DNA of 64,000 nt from Octopus sinensis (GCF_006345805.1 NC_043021.1:8618001-8682000); one strand, 5' to 3'. Numbered from the stretch's first letter, positions 39,001 through 52,423 are shown. The notes: a model not told the origin generated them from the sequence alone. Numbers and translations: made by a program.

Positions 39001-39370
39001 GGGATAAGGTACATATTGTTACTGCGCCTACCACTAAAACTTGTATTGGAACCACAGAAAACAGCTTCGAAAGGAAAATTCATTTACACAGGTATTCATT
39101 CAAGTATCCTGAGAGCAGGACAGCAGCGTCTCTATCTAAACACTTATGGCAAATAAAATAAACATGTTCTTCTCCCTTTAACATATAATGGTCTATTTTG
39201 GAAAAAAGCTAGCTACAACTTACAGGCATGGATTGAATCGAAATTCGATGAGGCGTTCGTTGGGCTTGAGTGAAGAGTACCTTCCTTTTACTGTTCCAAG
39301 AAAAATATGCTCTGAATCGTGAAACTGAGCTTCTGAATTTTAGCAGACACTCTCCGAAATTCTTAATTTT
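39001..39370 (+). pseudogene. Penelope-like element GIY-YIG endonuclease relic
   Basis: Frame from 39006: KVHIVTAPTTKTCIGTTENSFERKIHLHRYSFKYPESRTAASLSKHLWQIK*TCSSPFNI*WSILEKA, matching the PLE YIG.T...F..R...H..SF...LSK..W.LK...W.IL pattern. Confidence 0.75.
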
Positions 39371-39734
39371 CGAACCGATGCCACTAAATGGTTATCTCGT
39401 ATAAGCTTTGTCAATTACTATCGATCTTTTAAATCAGCATATTTGTTGGTAGCTTTATTGTCGAATTTTCGACAGCCAAATTTCGTTCTATACGATTTTT
39501 ATCACAATATATCTCGTATTGTGTGTATTTTTCTCATCCATCACATTTATCGATCAAGATATATGCCATACAAGCTTTATTTATCATTACTATTTTTAAT
39601 TTAAAATTCTATCTTTATAATTATCAATATAATTCCGTCACCACCGCTCTCTAAATATACGCAGATATAAATAAGTACACAAATATGTATGCTCGTACAT
39701 ACGCCATTACATGTATGGGAGTACATACGCATGG

Positions 39735-39765
<31 letters not shown>

Positions 39766-40001
39766 TGTATGTATGTATGTATGTATATTTGTATGTATTT
39801 ATGTATTTATGTATGTATGTGTGTATGTATGTATGTATATAGATATAATCGCTATATTTGAAACTGAAAGAACTGGTAAATATAGTGTTCGTATTTTATT
39901 TTTGTTTTTCGAGCAAAAGCCTTTATGCCTGAGAGATGAATATTCTAATTAATAATATAATAATACAATACATGTTATTATATTATTATATATCATCATT
40001 A

Positions 40002-40200
40002 TCTCTTATATAAAATCCGTTCTGTCTGTCTGTCTATGTGTGTGTGTCTTCTCGGATCTCGGGCATCCTCCATCCGATTGCGCTCAAATTTGATACGTAA
40101 ATACCGACGGTATCAGGGCGTGTATAAGTTTTGAAAAAATTACAAAAATCGATTCCAGGTGAGAATGCGATCGATAAAACAATTTTTGTCCTGCTTTTCT
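40002..40200 (+). mobile_element. Helitron-like 5' end fragment
   Basis: a|TCtcttatataaaa followed by (ctgt)n and ccgattgcgctcaaattt, as in non-autonomous Helitron 5' regions; no 3' CTAG end found. Confidence 0.5.
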
Positions 40201-40433
40201 TCCGTCAACCTGTACATAACTGCACCTTCCATTTTTTGTTGTATTTGTACTGCTTAAAGGCACGTTTCTTTCCTGCTAACACTCTAACCACTGATCCATG
40301 CGCGTTCATGAACACCTACAAATACTTACAAATTCTATATTAATGCATTATTCTGAATATGTACGACTGTCTGACGAACGTTTGCATGTAACTCTGAGTA
40401 CTAAGTAACTGTTTGTTAGGCATTTTGACATCA

Positions 40434-40827
40434 TCTTTATATATAAAAGAAAGGTTGTGTGTCTGTCTACTCCGATTTAGATTCCTAACTACTCCCACAT
40501 TTTGCAATGCAGTTTAACCAAAGCCGGGTATCTTATAGTCGTGATTCATATCGAGCCCTTCTGGGTATTAGCGCGCGTCTACGATGAGTCTATGATTTAA
40601 AAATTAATTTACCATAATTTTTTTCCCTTTTAATGCATATTTTTTAATAAAGGGAAGTAACTCTCTAAAAATGTCTACGATGAGTCAATGATTAAAAAAA
40701 AAAATTTACCATAATTTTTTTTCCCATTTTTAATGCATTTTTTTGCTAATTTTTGGCTATAACTCTCTAAAAATGGTTTATAGTTATTTCCCTTACAAAC
40801 CCGAGCAACGCCGGGCGATACTGCTAG
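40434..40827 (+). mobile_element. Non-autonomous Helitron-like element
   Basis: Starts a|TCtttatatataaaa; ends with hairpin cccgagcaacgccggg plus CTAG|t (A-T target, no TSD); has an internal ~95-bp duplication. Confidence 0.85.
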
Positions 40828-41219
40828 TTAAAAATTAAATAGGACTTTAGTTTGCCCCTGGCATTAAAGTACTATTTTCTTTTCCATGTTTGGCAGCTAT
40901 GTACTCACATGTGAGCGAGTGTGTGTGTTTATCTGTGTGTGTATATGTGTGTGCATTTGTGCGCGCGCATCTATATGTGCATGTGCTTGTGTCTTTATGT
41001 TTGTGTTTGTCTCCACTACCATCACCACTTGAGAACCAGTGTTGGCTTGTTTACATCCCCGTAGCTCGACGATTCGGCAAAGAGACCGATAAAATACTTA
41101 AGTACGAAACATAAAAAAATACCTTCTGGAGTCGATCTTTTCTACTAAACCCCCTCAAGGCAGTAACCCTAGGCTGGCAGCAATTGAATAACTGAAATAA
41201 GTAAAGGATAAAACACACA

Positions 41220-41270
<51 letters not shown>

Positions 41271-41306
41271 TTGTTGGAGCGAAAAGGTTTAAGATATTTT
41301 CAGTTA

Positions 41307-42281
41307 CGAGGGTAAGTCAAAAACCATCCCCACTTTCGCCATAACATACCTTTATTATTGTCACATTGCCTTTTGCGCATGCGTGCTTATAGTTGGTACA
41401 ATTGTGGTCACGTGATCGAAATTTGATCCTGATCAGACCATTCTCCTGTCTGGCTTTACAGTGTAAGCATGGCCGCTCCACTAGCAATGTGCACCAAGGC
41501 AGAACAAACAAAGAGCAGTGATCTGATTTCTCTGGTCGGAAGGCGTGTCAAGTGCTGAAATTCATCGGGGGCTTTTAGCACAATACAAGGACAGTACACT
41601 ACCGCGTAGAAGTGTGTATGATTGGATCGAGTAGTTTAAAAGTGGCCGGACAAGTGTGACGCACGAAGAGGGAGCAGGACGCCCGTCAACCTCCGCCACC
41701 GACGAGATGATTCAGCCAGCTCGAGAAATGATAATGGTCAACCGGCAAGTTATCATCATTAAAGTAGTTCGTTCTCCGCAGATTAGTCATGGTTCTGCCT
41801 ATCAAATCATCCACGATGAGCTCGGCTTCCATAAAATCTGTAGAAGATGGGTACCAAGAGAGCTTACTGCAGGGCACAAACGCAAATGTGTTGCGGTCTA
41901 GCAACATTTATTCGATCGTTACAACAATGAGGGCGAGGAATTTTTGAGCGGAATAGTCACAGATGAAACGTGGGTCCATCATTATGAGGCAGAATCCAAA
42001 AGACAGAATATAGAATGGAAACATTTTGGCTCGCAAGCGACGAAGAAATTCAAGACTCAGCCTTCTGCGGGAAAGGTGATGCTAACCCGTTTTGGGGATT
42101 CCAAAGAGCCTATACTGGAAGATTACCTGCAAAAGTGGTGTACGATCAACAGTGCAGGATACAGTGCTTTGCTGGCCAACAAACTGAAGCCAGCAATTCG
42201 CACCAAACCCCGAAGCCTATTGTCGAAGAAAGATTTGTTGTATGACAATGCACGCCCACACATGGCCGCTCAGACCGTTGA
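41307..42281 (+). pseudogene. Mariner (irritans-like) transposon with disrupted transposase, 3' truncated
   Basis: ta|cgagggtaagtcaaaaa TIR-like start; ATG at 41469; motifs FKSGRTSV, GRPSTS, RWVPRELT, IVTDETWVHHYE, SAGKVML, YDNARPH, with stops and a frameshift. Confidence 0.92.
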
Positions 42282-42439
42282 AATTTTTTATTCTTTCTCG
42301 CAGATTACTGTCCTTACTGTATTACATGGTACTATGGAGAGGTACCATTTATCTCTACTATAACAGGAAAACCTGTACAATGAAGATATACAGTCAGTTA
42401 CAAGGAGAAGCAAATGTATTATGCATGAGTTATAAAAGC

Positions 42440-42745
42440 ATTCTTTCTTTTTTATTCTTTTACTTGTTTCAGTCATTTGACAGCGGTCATGCTGGAGCAC
42501 CGCCTTTAATCGAATCAAATCGACCCCAGGACTTATTCTATCGGTCTCTTTTGCCGAGCCGCTAAGTTACGGGGACCCAAACACGTCAGCATCGGTTGTC
42601 AAGCGATGGTGGGGGGACAAACACAGACACACAAACGCATACACACACACACACACACACATACATATACATATATAGAACAGGCTTCTTTCAGTTTCCG
42701 TCTACCAAATCCACTCACAAGGCTGTGGTTGACCTGATGCTATAG
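42440..42745 (-). mobile_element. SINE-A, 5' truncated
   Basis: Matches the SINE-A 3' two-thirds. Confidence 0.85.
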
Positions 42746-42795
42746 TATGTATGTATGCGTGTGTGCGCGCACACAAATACACACACACACGTGCG

Positions 42796-42828
<33 letters not shown>

Positions 42829-42865
42829 CTGTCAATGTAATAGGTGACAATTGTTCGGTAGCCAT

Positions 42866-42926
42866 AATAAAACTCCGAGTTTCGGATGCCGAGGTGGAAA
42901 TCCACGCCGCCATCTCTTCAGTTATC
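42866..42926 (-). ncRNA. Type-I hammerhead-like motif in a Penelope-like repeat (42825-42950)
   Basis: Minus: gataa-CTGAAGA-GATG(gcggcgtggatttccacctcgg)CATC-C-GAA-ACTC-g-GAGT-T-ttatt. Confidence 0.6.
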
Positions 42927-43299
42927 CGACCATCGGGAAAATGCTATGAAAAATGACCGTTAAACAAAGGGAAATTGCTGTGTAATTGACCGTTATTAAG
43001 ACAAAAGAGCTATTTGAATGACCGCTAAGTGAGAGGGGGGAGTAAAAGTGAGGGGGTGAAAAGTTCACACACGCACACGTACACACACATTTATATGTAC
43101 ACACAGAAACATTCACATTGAATGTAATTGCATGTGTTTGCATGATATATACGAATCTGTGTGTGTTGTGTGTGTGTGTGTGTGTGTGTTGGGGTTCAGT
43201 GTGAAGTCGAATAGTCTATATATAATAAAAATGGATTTATGCTGTGTGTATATACCATCTGGATGCATATCGTCTTTGTATATCATGTACGCTTTATAT

Positions 43300-43582
43300 A
43301 GTCGACCTCGGCGGAATTTGAACTCAGAACATAACCGCAGACGAAATACCTATTTCTTTATAACCCACAAGGGGCTAAAGACAGAGGGGACAAACAAGGA
43401 CAGACATAGGTATTAAGTCGATTACATCGACCCCAGTGCGTAACTGGTACTTAATTTATCGACCCCGAAAGGATGAAAGGCAAAGTCGACCCCGGCGGAA
43501 TTTGAACTCTGAACGTAGCAGCAGACGAAATACCGCTAAGCATTTCGCCCGGCGTGCTAACGTTTCTGCCAGCTCGCCGCCT
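43300..43582 (-). mobile_element. SINE-B, about 1.3 units
   Basis: Head aggcggcgagctggcagaaacgttagc; same multimer junction near 43350. Confidence 0.88.
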
Positions 43583-44151
43583 GTGATGACATTCTATCTG
43601 AGCTAGATGACATTCTATCTGAGATAGAATGTGATATGTGATGACATTCTATGTGAGCGCGGAATTCAAAAATATTCTCGATTGACGACAGTCCGCACAT
43701 TAGGACTCCTGATGTAAAACATCCGTTTTCGTGTTTTAACTGGTCATCTCGCTTCGGCCTGTCACTAGATACTGATCATGGGAACTCAGAGAGTGGTACT
43801 CGTGTTGTACAAGTAGTTATCACTATAATCCAGTGATGTACAGATGTCTCTTTAGGGTGGACTCATTCGTCATTCTACCTACCAGAAGTCCTATGGCGAC
43901 GGAAGAGTGATGACAAGTGCGGACCTAACCGGTTGGAAGCGCACAGTGACTTACAACTTTCCTCTGTCAGGTTTCTTGCTTCAAACCATGCAACGGGACT
44001 GAATGGTTCCCTGAGTGGTGACGGACGGAAAATCAGTAATGCACCTGACATGGAGAAGTGCACCGGTTGTCGAACGATGGTGGAGGACAAGCACCAAAAA
44101 AAACCCACACATACACACAAACACACAAAATTATATATATATATATATATA

Positions 44152-44905
44152 TTTTTACTTGTTTCAGTCATTTTGACTGCGGCCATGCTGGTGCACCGCC
44201 TTTAATCGAGCAACTCGACCCCGGGACTTATTCTTTTGTAAGCCCAGTACTTATTCTATCGGTCTCTTTTGCCGAACCGCTAATAAGTGACGGGGACATA
44301 AACACACCAGCATCGGTTGTCAAGCAATGCTAGGGGGACAAACACAGTCACATAAACATAGACGCACATACATATATATACATATATACGACGGGCTTCT
44401 TTCAGTTTCCGTCTACCAAATCCACTCAACAAGGCTTTGGTCGGCCCGAGGCTATAGTAGAAGACACTTGCCCAAGGTGCCACGCAGTGGGACTGAACCC
44501 GGAACCATGTGGTTGGCAAGCAAGCTACTTACCACACAGCCACTCCTGTATATATACATGCGATGTGCTTCTCTCAGTTTCCGTCTATCAAATGCACTCT
44601 CAAGTCCGAGGCTGTGGTAGACACTTTCCCAAGGTGTCACGCAGGGGGGACTGAACCCGGAACCATGTGGTTGGGACGCAAGCTTCTTATCACACATGCG
44701 TTTGACAATCCATCGCACCGTTTGACAACTTGTGCTGGTGTTTTTACGTCCCGTTAACTTAGCGGTTCAATGAAAATGACCGACAGAACAAGCACCAAAC
44801 TTTGAAAAAAGGCTAAGTCTAGAAGTCGATTTGTTTGAGTAAAATTCTTCAAGGCGGTGCCGCAACATGGCCGCACTTTAATGACTGCTACAAATGAAAG
44901 GTAAA
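44152..44905. mobile_element. SINE-A full copy (-, ~44152-44548) plus partial copies (- 44565-44700, + 44700-44905)
   Basis: Match to the other SINE-A copies. Confidence 0.85.
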
Positions 44906-44949
44906 TAGGTGAAGTTAATATGCACAATGCACTCTCACTCGCTCTCTTA

Positions 44950-45191
<242 letters not shown>

Positions 45192-45530
45192 ATCTGCCCT
45201 GATTAGTAAATGACTGTACCTGAGAGATTATGGATCGAAATAAATGCATCGAATCTTCGTTTTAAGTTTAAAATTCTGCCATTAGACCTTCGCCGTTCAT
45301 CGTTCTAGGATTGACAAAATAAAGTATTAATTATTTCCGGGCTGATGCAATTAAAACCATTCCCCGTTCTCCCCGTCGGGCTTCTCTCTCGTATTTAGAA
45401 ATCAATAAACTATTAAAATCGATGATTATCAAAATAGAGCAAGGGAGATAACTCCGGATGGCTAAAGTGTCATAGCTTCAAGGCAGTAACAACTGCTAGA
45501 GGCATGAGTTGTTTGATATATAAAACACTT

Positions 45531-45980
45531 TAGGTGGCGAGCTGGCGAAGTGCTTAGTGGTGTTTCGTCTGCCGCTACGTTCTGAGTTCAAATTCCGCCG
45601 AGGTCGACTTTGCCTTTCATCCTTTCGGGATCGATAAATTAAGTACCAGTTACGCACTGGGGTCGATCTAATCGACTTAATCCGTTTGTCTGTCCTTATT
45701 TGTCCTCTCTGTGTTTAGCCCCTTGTGGGTAGTAAAGAAATAGGTATTTCGTCTGCCAGAAAAAGGCGGCGAGCTTGGCAGAAACGTGAACACGCCGGGC
45801 GAAATGCTTAGTGGTATGTCGTCTGCCGCTACGTTCTGAGTTCAAATTCCGCCGAGGTCGACTTTGCCTTTCATCCTTTCGGGGTCGATAAATTAAGTAC
45901 CAGTTACGCACTGGGGTCGATCTAATCGACTGGCCCGCACCCCCAAAATTTCGGTCCTTGTGCCTAGAGTATAATAGAAT
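45531..45980 (+). mobile_element. Two tandem SINE-B copies
   Basis: Heads at ~45531 and ~45763. Confidence 0.88.
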
Positions 45981-46014
45981 TACTGAAGTAATAAAAACTT
46001 TTGATGAATTCTGT

Positions 46015-46425
46015 TTTAATCTTTTAATCTTTTACTTATTTCAACCATTAGACTGCGGCCATGCTGGGGCACCACCTTGGAGAAGTTTAATCGAACGAAA
46101 CGACCCTAGTGCTTATTTTCTTTAAAGCCTGGTACTTACTCTATCGGTTCTAGCCGAACCATGTTACGCGGACGTAAACACACCAACACCGGTTGTCAAG
46201 CGGTAGTGGGAAGTAAGCACAGACACAAACGCACACACACTCACATACACACACATATGCGACGAGCTTCTTACAGTTTCCGTCTATCAAATCCACTCAC
46301 AAGTCTTTGGTCGGCGCAAGGCTATAGTAGAAGACACTTTCCCGAGCTGCCACGCAGTGGGGCAGAACCCGGAACTATGTGGTTGGGAAGCAAATTTCTT
46401 ACCAGACAGCCATGCCTGCGTCTAG
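46015..46425 (-). mobile_element. SINE-A, older copy
   Basis: Diverged match to SINE-A. Confidence 0.82.
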
Positions 46426-46724
46426 TAACAAAATTAAAATGACGATCACAGCATTGCATTCAGAACAGAGAGGGAATTTATAATATTAATTGCGCGCATT
46501 TCATTCTGGAGGAGAATAAATATTATGTTAAATGCCATAAATGTCCCAGAAAGTTCTTTAACAGGCGACCAGTGTCAAAATTCTTAAATTTGAGCATTCG
46601 TTACCGGGAGGGTTGTTCTTCTGGGCTGTAACAGATTCATCAAAAAATGTCTTAAGAGGTTTCCTGAATACTTGCGTTAAGATAACTTTTCTAACACCTT
46701 CTCTCTCTTTCTTTCTCTCCTCAC

Positions 46725-46785
<61 letters not shown>

Positions 46786-47688
46786 AACATACATACACGC
46801 ATGCATGCATGCATACATACATACATACATACACGCATGCATACATACATACATACATACATACATACATACATACATACATACATACATACATACGTAC
46901 GTACAGGCATGGCTGTGGGATTAGAAGTTTTCTGCCCAACCGCATGGTTCAAGGTTCACTCCTACAGCTTCTGCTATATATCCGGCCGACCTAAGTCTTG
47001 TGAGTGGATTCGGTGGACGGAAACTAAAAGAAGCTTCTGTGTCTATGTGTGTGTGTGTGTGTGTGCGCGCGCGTGCGTGGCCGCGTGCACATGACGGAGA
47101 AAGAGAGAGAGAGGGAGAGAGAGAAACATAGGGAAAGCGAGAGGGAGAAAGAGAGAGAGATTGAGTTTAATACAAGGATTAAGGAGGCCATTCACAATTG
47201 CATGGACTGAATATCTCTTAACGTAGAATATTTAATACAAGGAATCCAAAGATGTTACAAGTTTTGGAACACACATTCATACACACACAAAGATACACAC
47301 ACACAAACACATACACACACACACACACACAAATATATATATACGTGTGTAAGTGCACACCTATGTGTGTATTCTTATACATGTATGTAACTGTGTATGT
47401 ATGTTTATATATAAGTATATATATCATAATAAGCAACAGGATATCCAGAGCTGATGCAGTACGATCGTTTCAAGCGGTTCCATTTAATTGAACAATGCAA
47501 TCGTTACATCAATTTAAATGCAGGGCTATCCTCAGCTGCATAAATAAATAGAATGTTTTTAACAGTTGGACATATTTGTATAATTTTACTTAAATCCTCT
47601 AAGAGGGTAAGAAGACAGACAAAGTCCATGCTGTTGTCATTTCAGCTTAGAAGTTTCTAAGACATCAGGAAAAAATCTGTTTGGGTCA

Positions 47689-47824
47689 TAGCTTGTCACT
47701 GATTTTGGTTCAGTTTTAATTTATTCGTCTTGCTTATCAAATCTTTGTATATTAGATTTGATATACAAAGATTTTATAAACAACACTAATAAATTAAAAC
47801 TGAACCAAAATCACTGACAAGCTA
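47689..47824. repeat. 136-bp palindromic fold-back (MITE-like, TA ends)
   Basis: tagcttgtcactgattttggttcagttttaatttatt...gtatatt pairs with gatatac...aataaattaaaactgaaccaaaatcactgacaagcta, with a few mismatches. Confidence 0.8.
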
Positions 47825-48016
47825 ATCGGTTTTACACTGAGTATTCAACCAGATGTTAGATAACAGCATGTGGGATTACGTAACCATGCAATTATCTAAC
47901 ATCCGTTTTAATATCCAGTGTGAAACTGATTCGTAAGACCGGCCGTAATGGTTATATAATACCATATAATTATATATGTATATATATATACACACACACA
48001 TACATACGTACGTACA

Positions 48017-48103
<87 letters not shown>

Positions 48104-48669
48104 TGTGTGTGTGTGAGTGTGTTCACACACACATACACACACATATATTATTGTGTCTACGCGGAGTCATTATGCTAATATTATTAACACCATCTAGACG
48201 CAACAAAACTTGTTTCGACACGCAAATTCACATAAAGAACCTAACAAACCAGATACATGAACGGTGTATATACGAGTATATATATATATATACATGAATA
48301 TGTGTGTGCGGTATGAGTGTGTGTATGGTGTGGTGGTGGTGGTGGTGGTGGTGGTGTGTGTGTGTGTGTGTGTGGTGTGTGTGTGTGTGTGTGGTGTGTG
48401 TGGTGGTGTGTGTGTGTGTGTGTGTGTGTCTGCACGCATACATACACAACAGTTGGCAAAACTTTCAGTGGTATTTTCAATTAAGTTTCCTTCGCGTCGA
48501 ATAATGTCCGCACGGAATTGTTGATGTATATGAGCAATCAGCTTTGAAAACTTTCGGTATAATCTGGATTATATAAGTGATAATCCTTATCAGTAACAAA
48601 CTGGTCCAAATTAGTTTAAGAAGCTGAATCGTGAAGAATGCAGAATCCTTAATCCACACAAACATTGTA

Positions 48670-48875
48670 CTTACTCTTTACTCTTTTACTTGATTCAGTC
48701 GTTTTGACTGTGACCATGCTGGAGCACCGCCTTTAGTCCGCAAATCGACACCAGGTCTTATTCTTTGGAAGCCTAGTACTTATTCTATCGGTCTCTTTGG
48801 CCGAAGCGCTAAGTTACGGAGACGTGAACACACCAGCATCGGTTGTCAAGCGGGGGTGACAAACACAGACACACG

Positions 48876-48948
<73 letters not shown>

Positions 48949-49128
48949 ATATATGCATATACACGACGGGCTTCTTTCCGTTTCCATCTACCGAATCCAC
49001 TCACAAGGATTTGGTCGGCCCGAGGCTGCAGTAGAAGACACTTGCCCAAGGTGCCACGCAGTGGGACTGAATCCGGAACCACGTGGTTGGTAAGCAAGCT
49101 ACTTACCACACAACCACTCCTACGCCTA
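48670..49128 (-). mobile_element. SINE-A, full length
   Basis: Matches the other SINE-A copies. Confidence 0.9.
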
Positions 49129-49397
49129 TAATGTACTTATTGAAAGTACCTTAAAATCCATGTTTTTTTTCGATCCAGTTGAATTTTTCAACTCTAACAT
49201 CTCAGCTGAGTTTCATACAGTTTAAGCGAAGTACATTAAGCTCCAGATAAATAGATCGCATCATTTGTCACATAATAACAATATAATTGAAACGGAAATC
49301 AACGAAATGCAACGAGAGCACAAGTAAGTGCATAACGTCAAGTAATACAAAAAAGTAAAAGGATGAGGTAGAATTGAAACACAGCCCTATAAGTAAA

Positions 49398-50053
49398 CTA
49401 GCAGTATTGCCCGGCATTGCTCGGGTTTGTTTCGACCCTTGGAATTTTTGAAAAGTAAAAATGTTGCATTATGTAGCTTGTTATTTCTCTTTAAGTGAAC
49501 ATTTTTCTGGTTGAAATACACGAAAAATGGCGACAGTCAAAAAATCGTAAAAAATTAGGGAATTTCATAGAAAAAAAAAGCACCTTTTTGATGTAAATAA
49601 TTTTTGGCGTTAGCATGGTCCGATTTGAATTCTTTCTTCTACGGAAGGAAGAGCAAGCCTTCTTCTATCATACTACCACCTGTGTCATCTCTTGTGAAAG
49701 GTAGGAGAGTCCAGTTTGCTGGACATTGTTGCAGAGCTGAAAAAGAAGTAATTTCTACTCTTCTCCTCTGGAAGCCGTCTACTCGCAATACCAGAGGGCG
49801 CACACTCTCCTACCCTGATGTAATCTCCAGGGATACAGGCATCCAGCAACAGGACCTCCGTAATGCCATGATGGACCGTGAAGTCTGGCGTAGCATGGTA
49901 AATTCCATTGTCTCGACCACGGTCGAACAATGATGATGATGATCATACTCTCAATTTTGGTCAACTTGCGCCACAGGGTCTCGGAGGAGATAGGGTTAGT
50001 TGAAGGATACCAAACCTGCCATACACAGCCAACTTCAGCTTTATATATATAGA
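49398..50053 (-). mobile_element. Non-autonomous Helitron-like element interrupted by an RTE fragment
   Basis: Minus strand starts TCtatatatataaag and ends acaaacccgagcaatgccgggcaatactgCTAG|t, nearly the same 3' end as 40434-40827. Confidence 0.8.
49675..49941 (+). mobile_element. 5'-truncated RTE-group LINE with (TGA)n tail
   Basis: RRVQFAGHCCRAEKE...LLLWKP...RGR...MMDREVWR (stop at 49933), tgatgatgatg tail; atcatact on both sides (TSD). Confidence 0.85.
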
Positions 50054-50286
50054 GAGGGATGAAACAACCTTAAGCTGAGCTGCCAATTCTATTATTCTTT
50101 GAATTCTTCCAAGTGTTTCAGTCGTAGGACTGCGGCCATGCTGGAGCACCGACATGCATTATTTTCTATCGGTTTTGTTGTCGCTTTATAACGGGGAGTT
50201 GGACTATGATCGGGTTTATAGCAGTGTGGTGTCCCCTGAGTGTGTCATTGGAAGCTTGACTGGACTGGGATCGATAGTCGTGAAAT

Positions 50287-50718
50287 GGATCTTTTCGGTT
50301 TGAACGGCAGTTTTTTCTAGCGGTGTCATATGAAATCGTCACCCATAATTGTGACCCTAGTATCGATCTATTGCATTTCAATCTGTTTTAGGGTTAGGGT
50401 TAGTTAGGGTTAGGGGTGGGGGAAGGGTATCTTTTTTTTCTTCACAAATGTAAATAAACCCAATCTGTTTCTTTAACGAGGGACATATTCATACGACACA
50501 GAATGTTTTTTTTTTACCTCAATAGACGTCATTGATTGGTTGAAATTGCAGAAATTGAAGAAAAAAAACAACAAATATCTTACAAACTATAGAATTTTCT
50601 CAACAAAGCCAAGAGAAAAAGATGTTTTATAAACACATTCTACCAGTATACGAAGTTTAAAAGTGTTTAGTTACGTGGAAATTATGAAAAAAAACTGCCG
50701 GTGAAACCGAAAAGATCC
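50287..50718. mobile_element. MITE with ~30-bp TIRs, 8-bp TSD and internal TTAGGG repeats (Merlin-like)
   Basis: TIRs ggatcttttcggtttgaacggcagtttttt / aaaaaactgccggtgaaaccgaaaagatcc; TSD cgtgaaat at 50279-50286 and 50719-50726. Confidence 0.88.
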
Positions 50719-50811
50719 CGTGAAATATGGAAGCTAAGTGTGAGAATTTGATTTTTAATATGTTGCAAGATGAAGTCAAACAGAATTGTATTTGTCAATC
50801 GTCAATATAAT

Positions 50812-51232
50812 ACGTGTGTATGTGTGTGTGTGTGTGTTGTGTGGTGTGTGTGCTTGTGTGTGTGTATGTACGTGCGTGTATGTGCGTGTGCGTTTGTGTC
50901 TGTGTGCCTCTGTATGTGTGTATGTGTACGTGTGCATGTAGGTGTGCGTATGTGCATGTGTGTGTGTGTGTGCGTGACGTGTGTGTATGTGTGTGTGCGC
51001 GTGTGTGTGCGCGTGTGTGTGTGTGTATGTGTGTGTGTATGTACGTGCGTGTATGTGCGTGTGCGTTTGTGTCTGTGTGCCTCTGTATGTGTGTATGTGT
51101 ACGTGTGCATGTAGGTGTGCGCGTGTGCATGTGTGTGTGTGTGCGTGCGTGACGTGTGTGTATGTGTGTGTGCTTGTGTGTGTGTGTGTATGTACGCGCG
51201 TGTATGTGCATGTGTATGCGCGTGTGCGTTTG

Positions 51233-51275
<43 letters not shown>

Positions 51276-51280
51276 GTGTG
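50812..51280. repeat. Degenerate (TG)n tract with an internal ~170-bp duplication
   Basis: The block gtacgtgcgtgtatgtgcgtgtgcgtttgtgtctgtgtgcctctg...gtgacgtg occurs twice. Confidence 0.85.
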
Positions 51281-51643
51281 AAGGCACACGACCTCGTCGT
51301 TCGTTCGGTCGTTGCACTCCCGATCAAAAGAATGTGGTCTTGATTCCCAGACCGACATTGAGTTGTGCTCCTGAGCGAAATACTCCATTTCGCGTTGACT
51401 CAGTCCAGTCACCTGTAAACGGGTAATCCCACGGCAAACAGGCGCTCCGTTCAAGGAGGGGGGGAGTTGTTTGCCTGCTCGTCATTGTGATAGTTTTATC
51501 AACAGTGATGTAAGCCACACACACACAAACATATATACTGAGAATTTACAAAAGAAGCAAAAGATGAAGACGGGTGTGTAAACAACAAGCAGATGTATTA
51601 GTTTAACGCTCGGGAAGTGAGAAAGTCTTTTACGCTTCGAGCC

Positions 51644-51720
<77 letters not shown>

Positions 51721-52064
51721 AAGATAGATAGATATATAGATAGATAGATACATACATACATACATACTATAAATGAACGAAAGCGCTAATAATAAAGAAT
51801 TATCCAAAAATTCTGACTGCCTCCCTTTTTCTCGATGTACATAAATACTTATATATACATATTCACACACTGCTTGTAAACATATACACATCTATACAGA
51901 TTAACTTCATTCCTTGTAAACACACACACACACACACTCACACGCACACACACAAACACACATACACATATATGCTGTTAAATCTTGCAGTATTTTTTCT
52001 AATAAGAAACATGTATACTGGTTCTATTTTTCCTTTTATAATTAATGTTAGTTGAATAACTAAC

Positions 52065-52180
52065 AAATTAATCAATTCATCACTCAATAGCTAACTGATT
52101 AATCAATTCATCAATCAATAGCTAACTGATTAATCAATTCATCAATCAATAGCTAACTGATTAATCAATTCATCAATCAG
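52065..52180. repeat. ~31-bp minisatellite, 3-4 copies
   Basis: caatagctaactgattaatcaattcatcaat repeated. Confidence 0.85.
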
Positions 52181-52423
52181 CTGCATGATTTAAGTTTTGA
52201 TCAGTCACTCAGTCAACTGGTTTGTCAGCACTTTTCCTCACCATTCACTACCATATCAGTGCCATCAATCAAGCAAAGCAATCGCTTAGTAAATCGGTCA
52301 ATTGGTTGAATAGCTGACTGCTTATTATAAGAAGAAGGGAAATAAAACCAGCGCGTGTGTTTCTTATTTGCAAAATGTACTTTCTAAGATACAGCAGCGA
52401 CTGTTTCAACAGAAAAATCGGAT

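Noticed and set aside
50388-50422. Telomere or chromosome-fusion relic
   Set aside because: Only about four units, located inside a TIR/TSD-bounded MITE.
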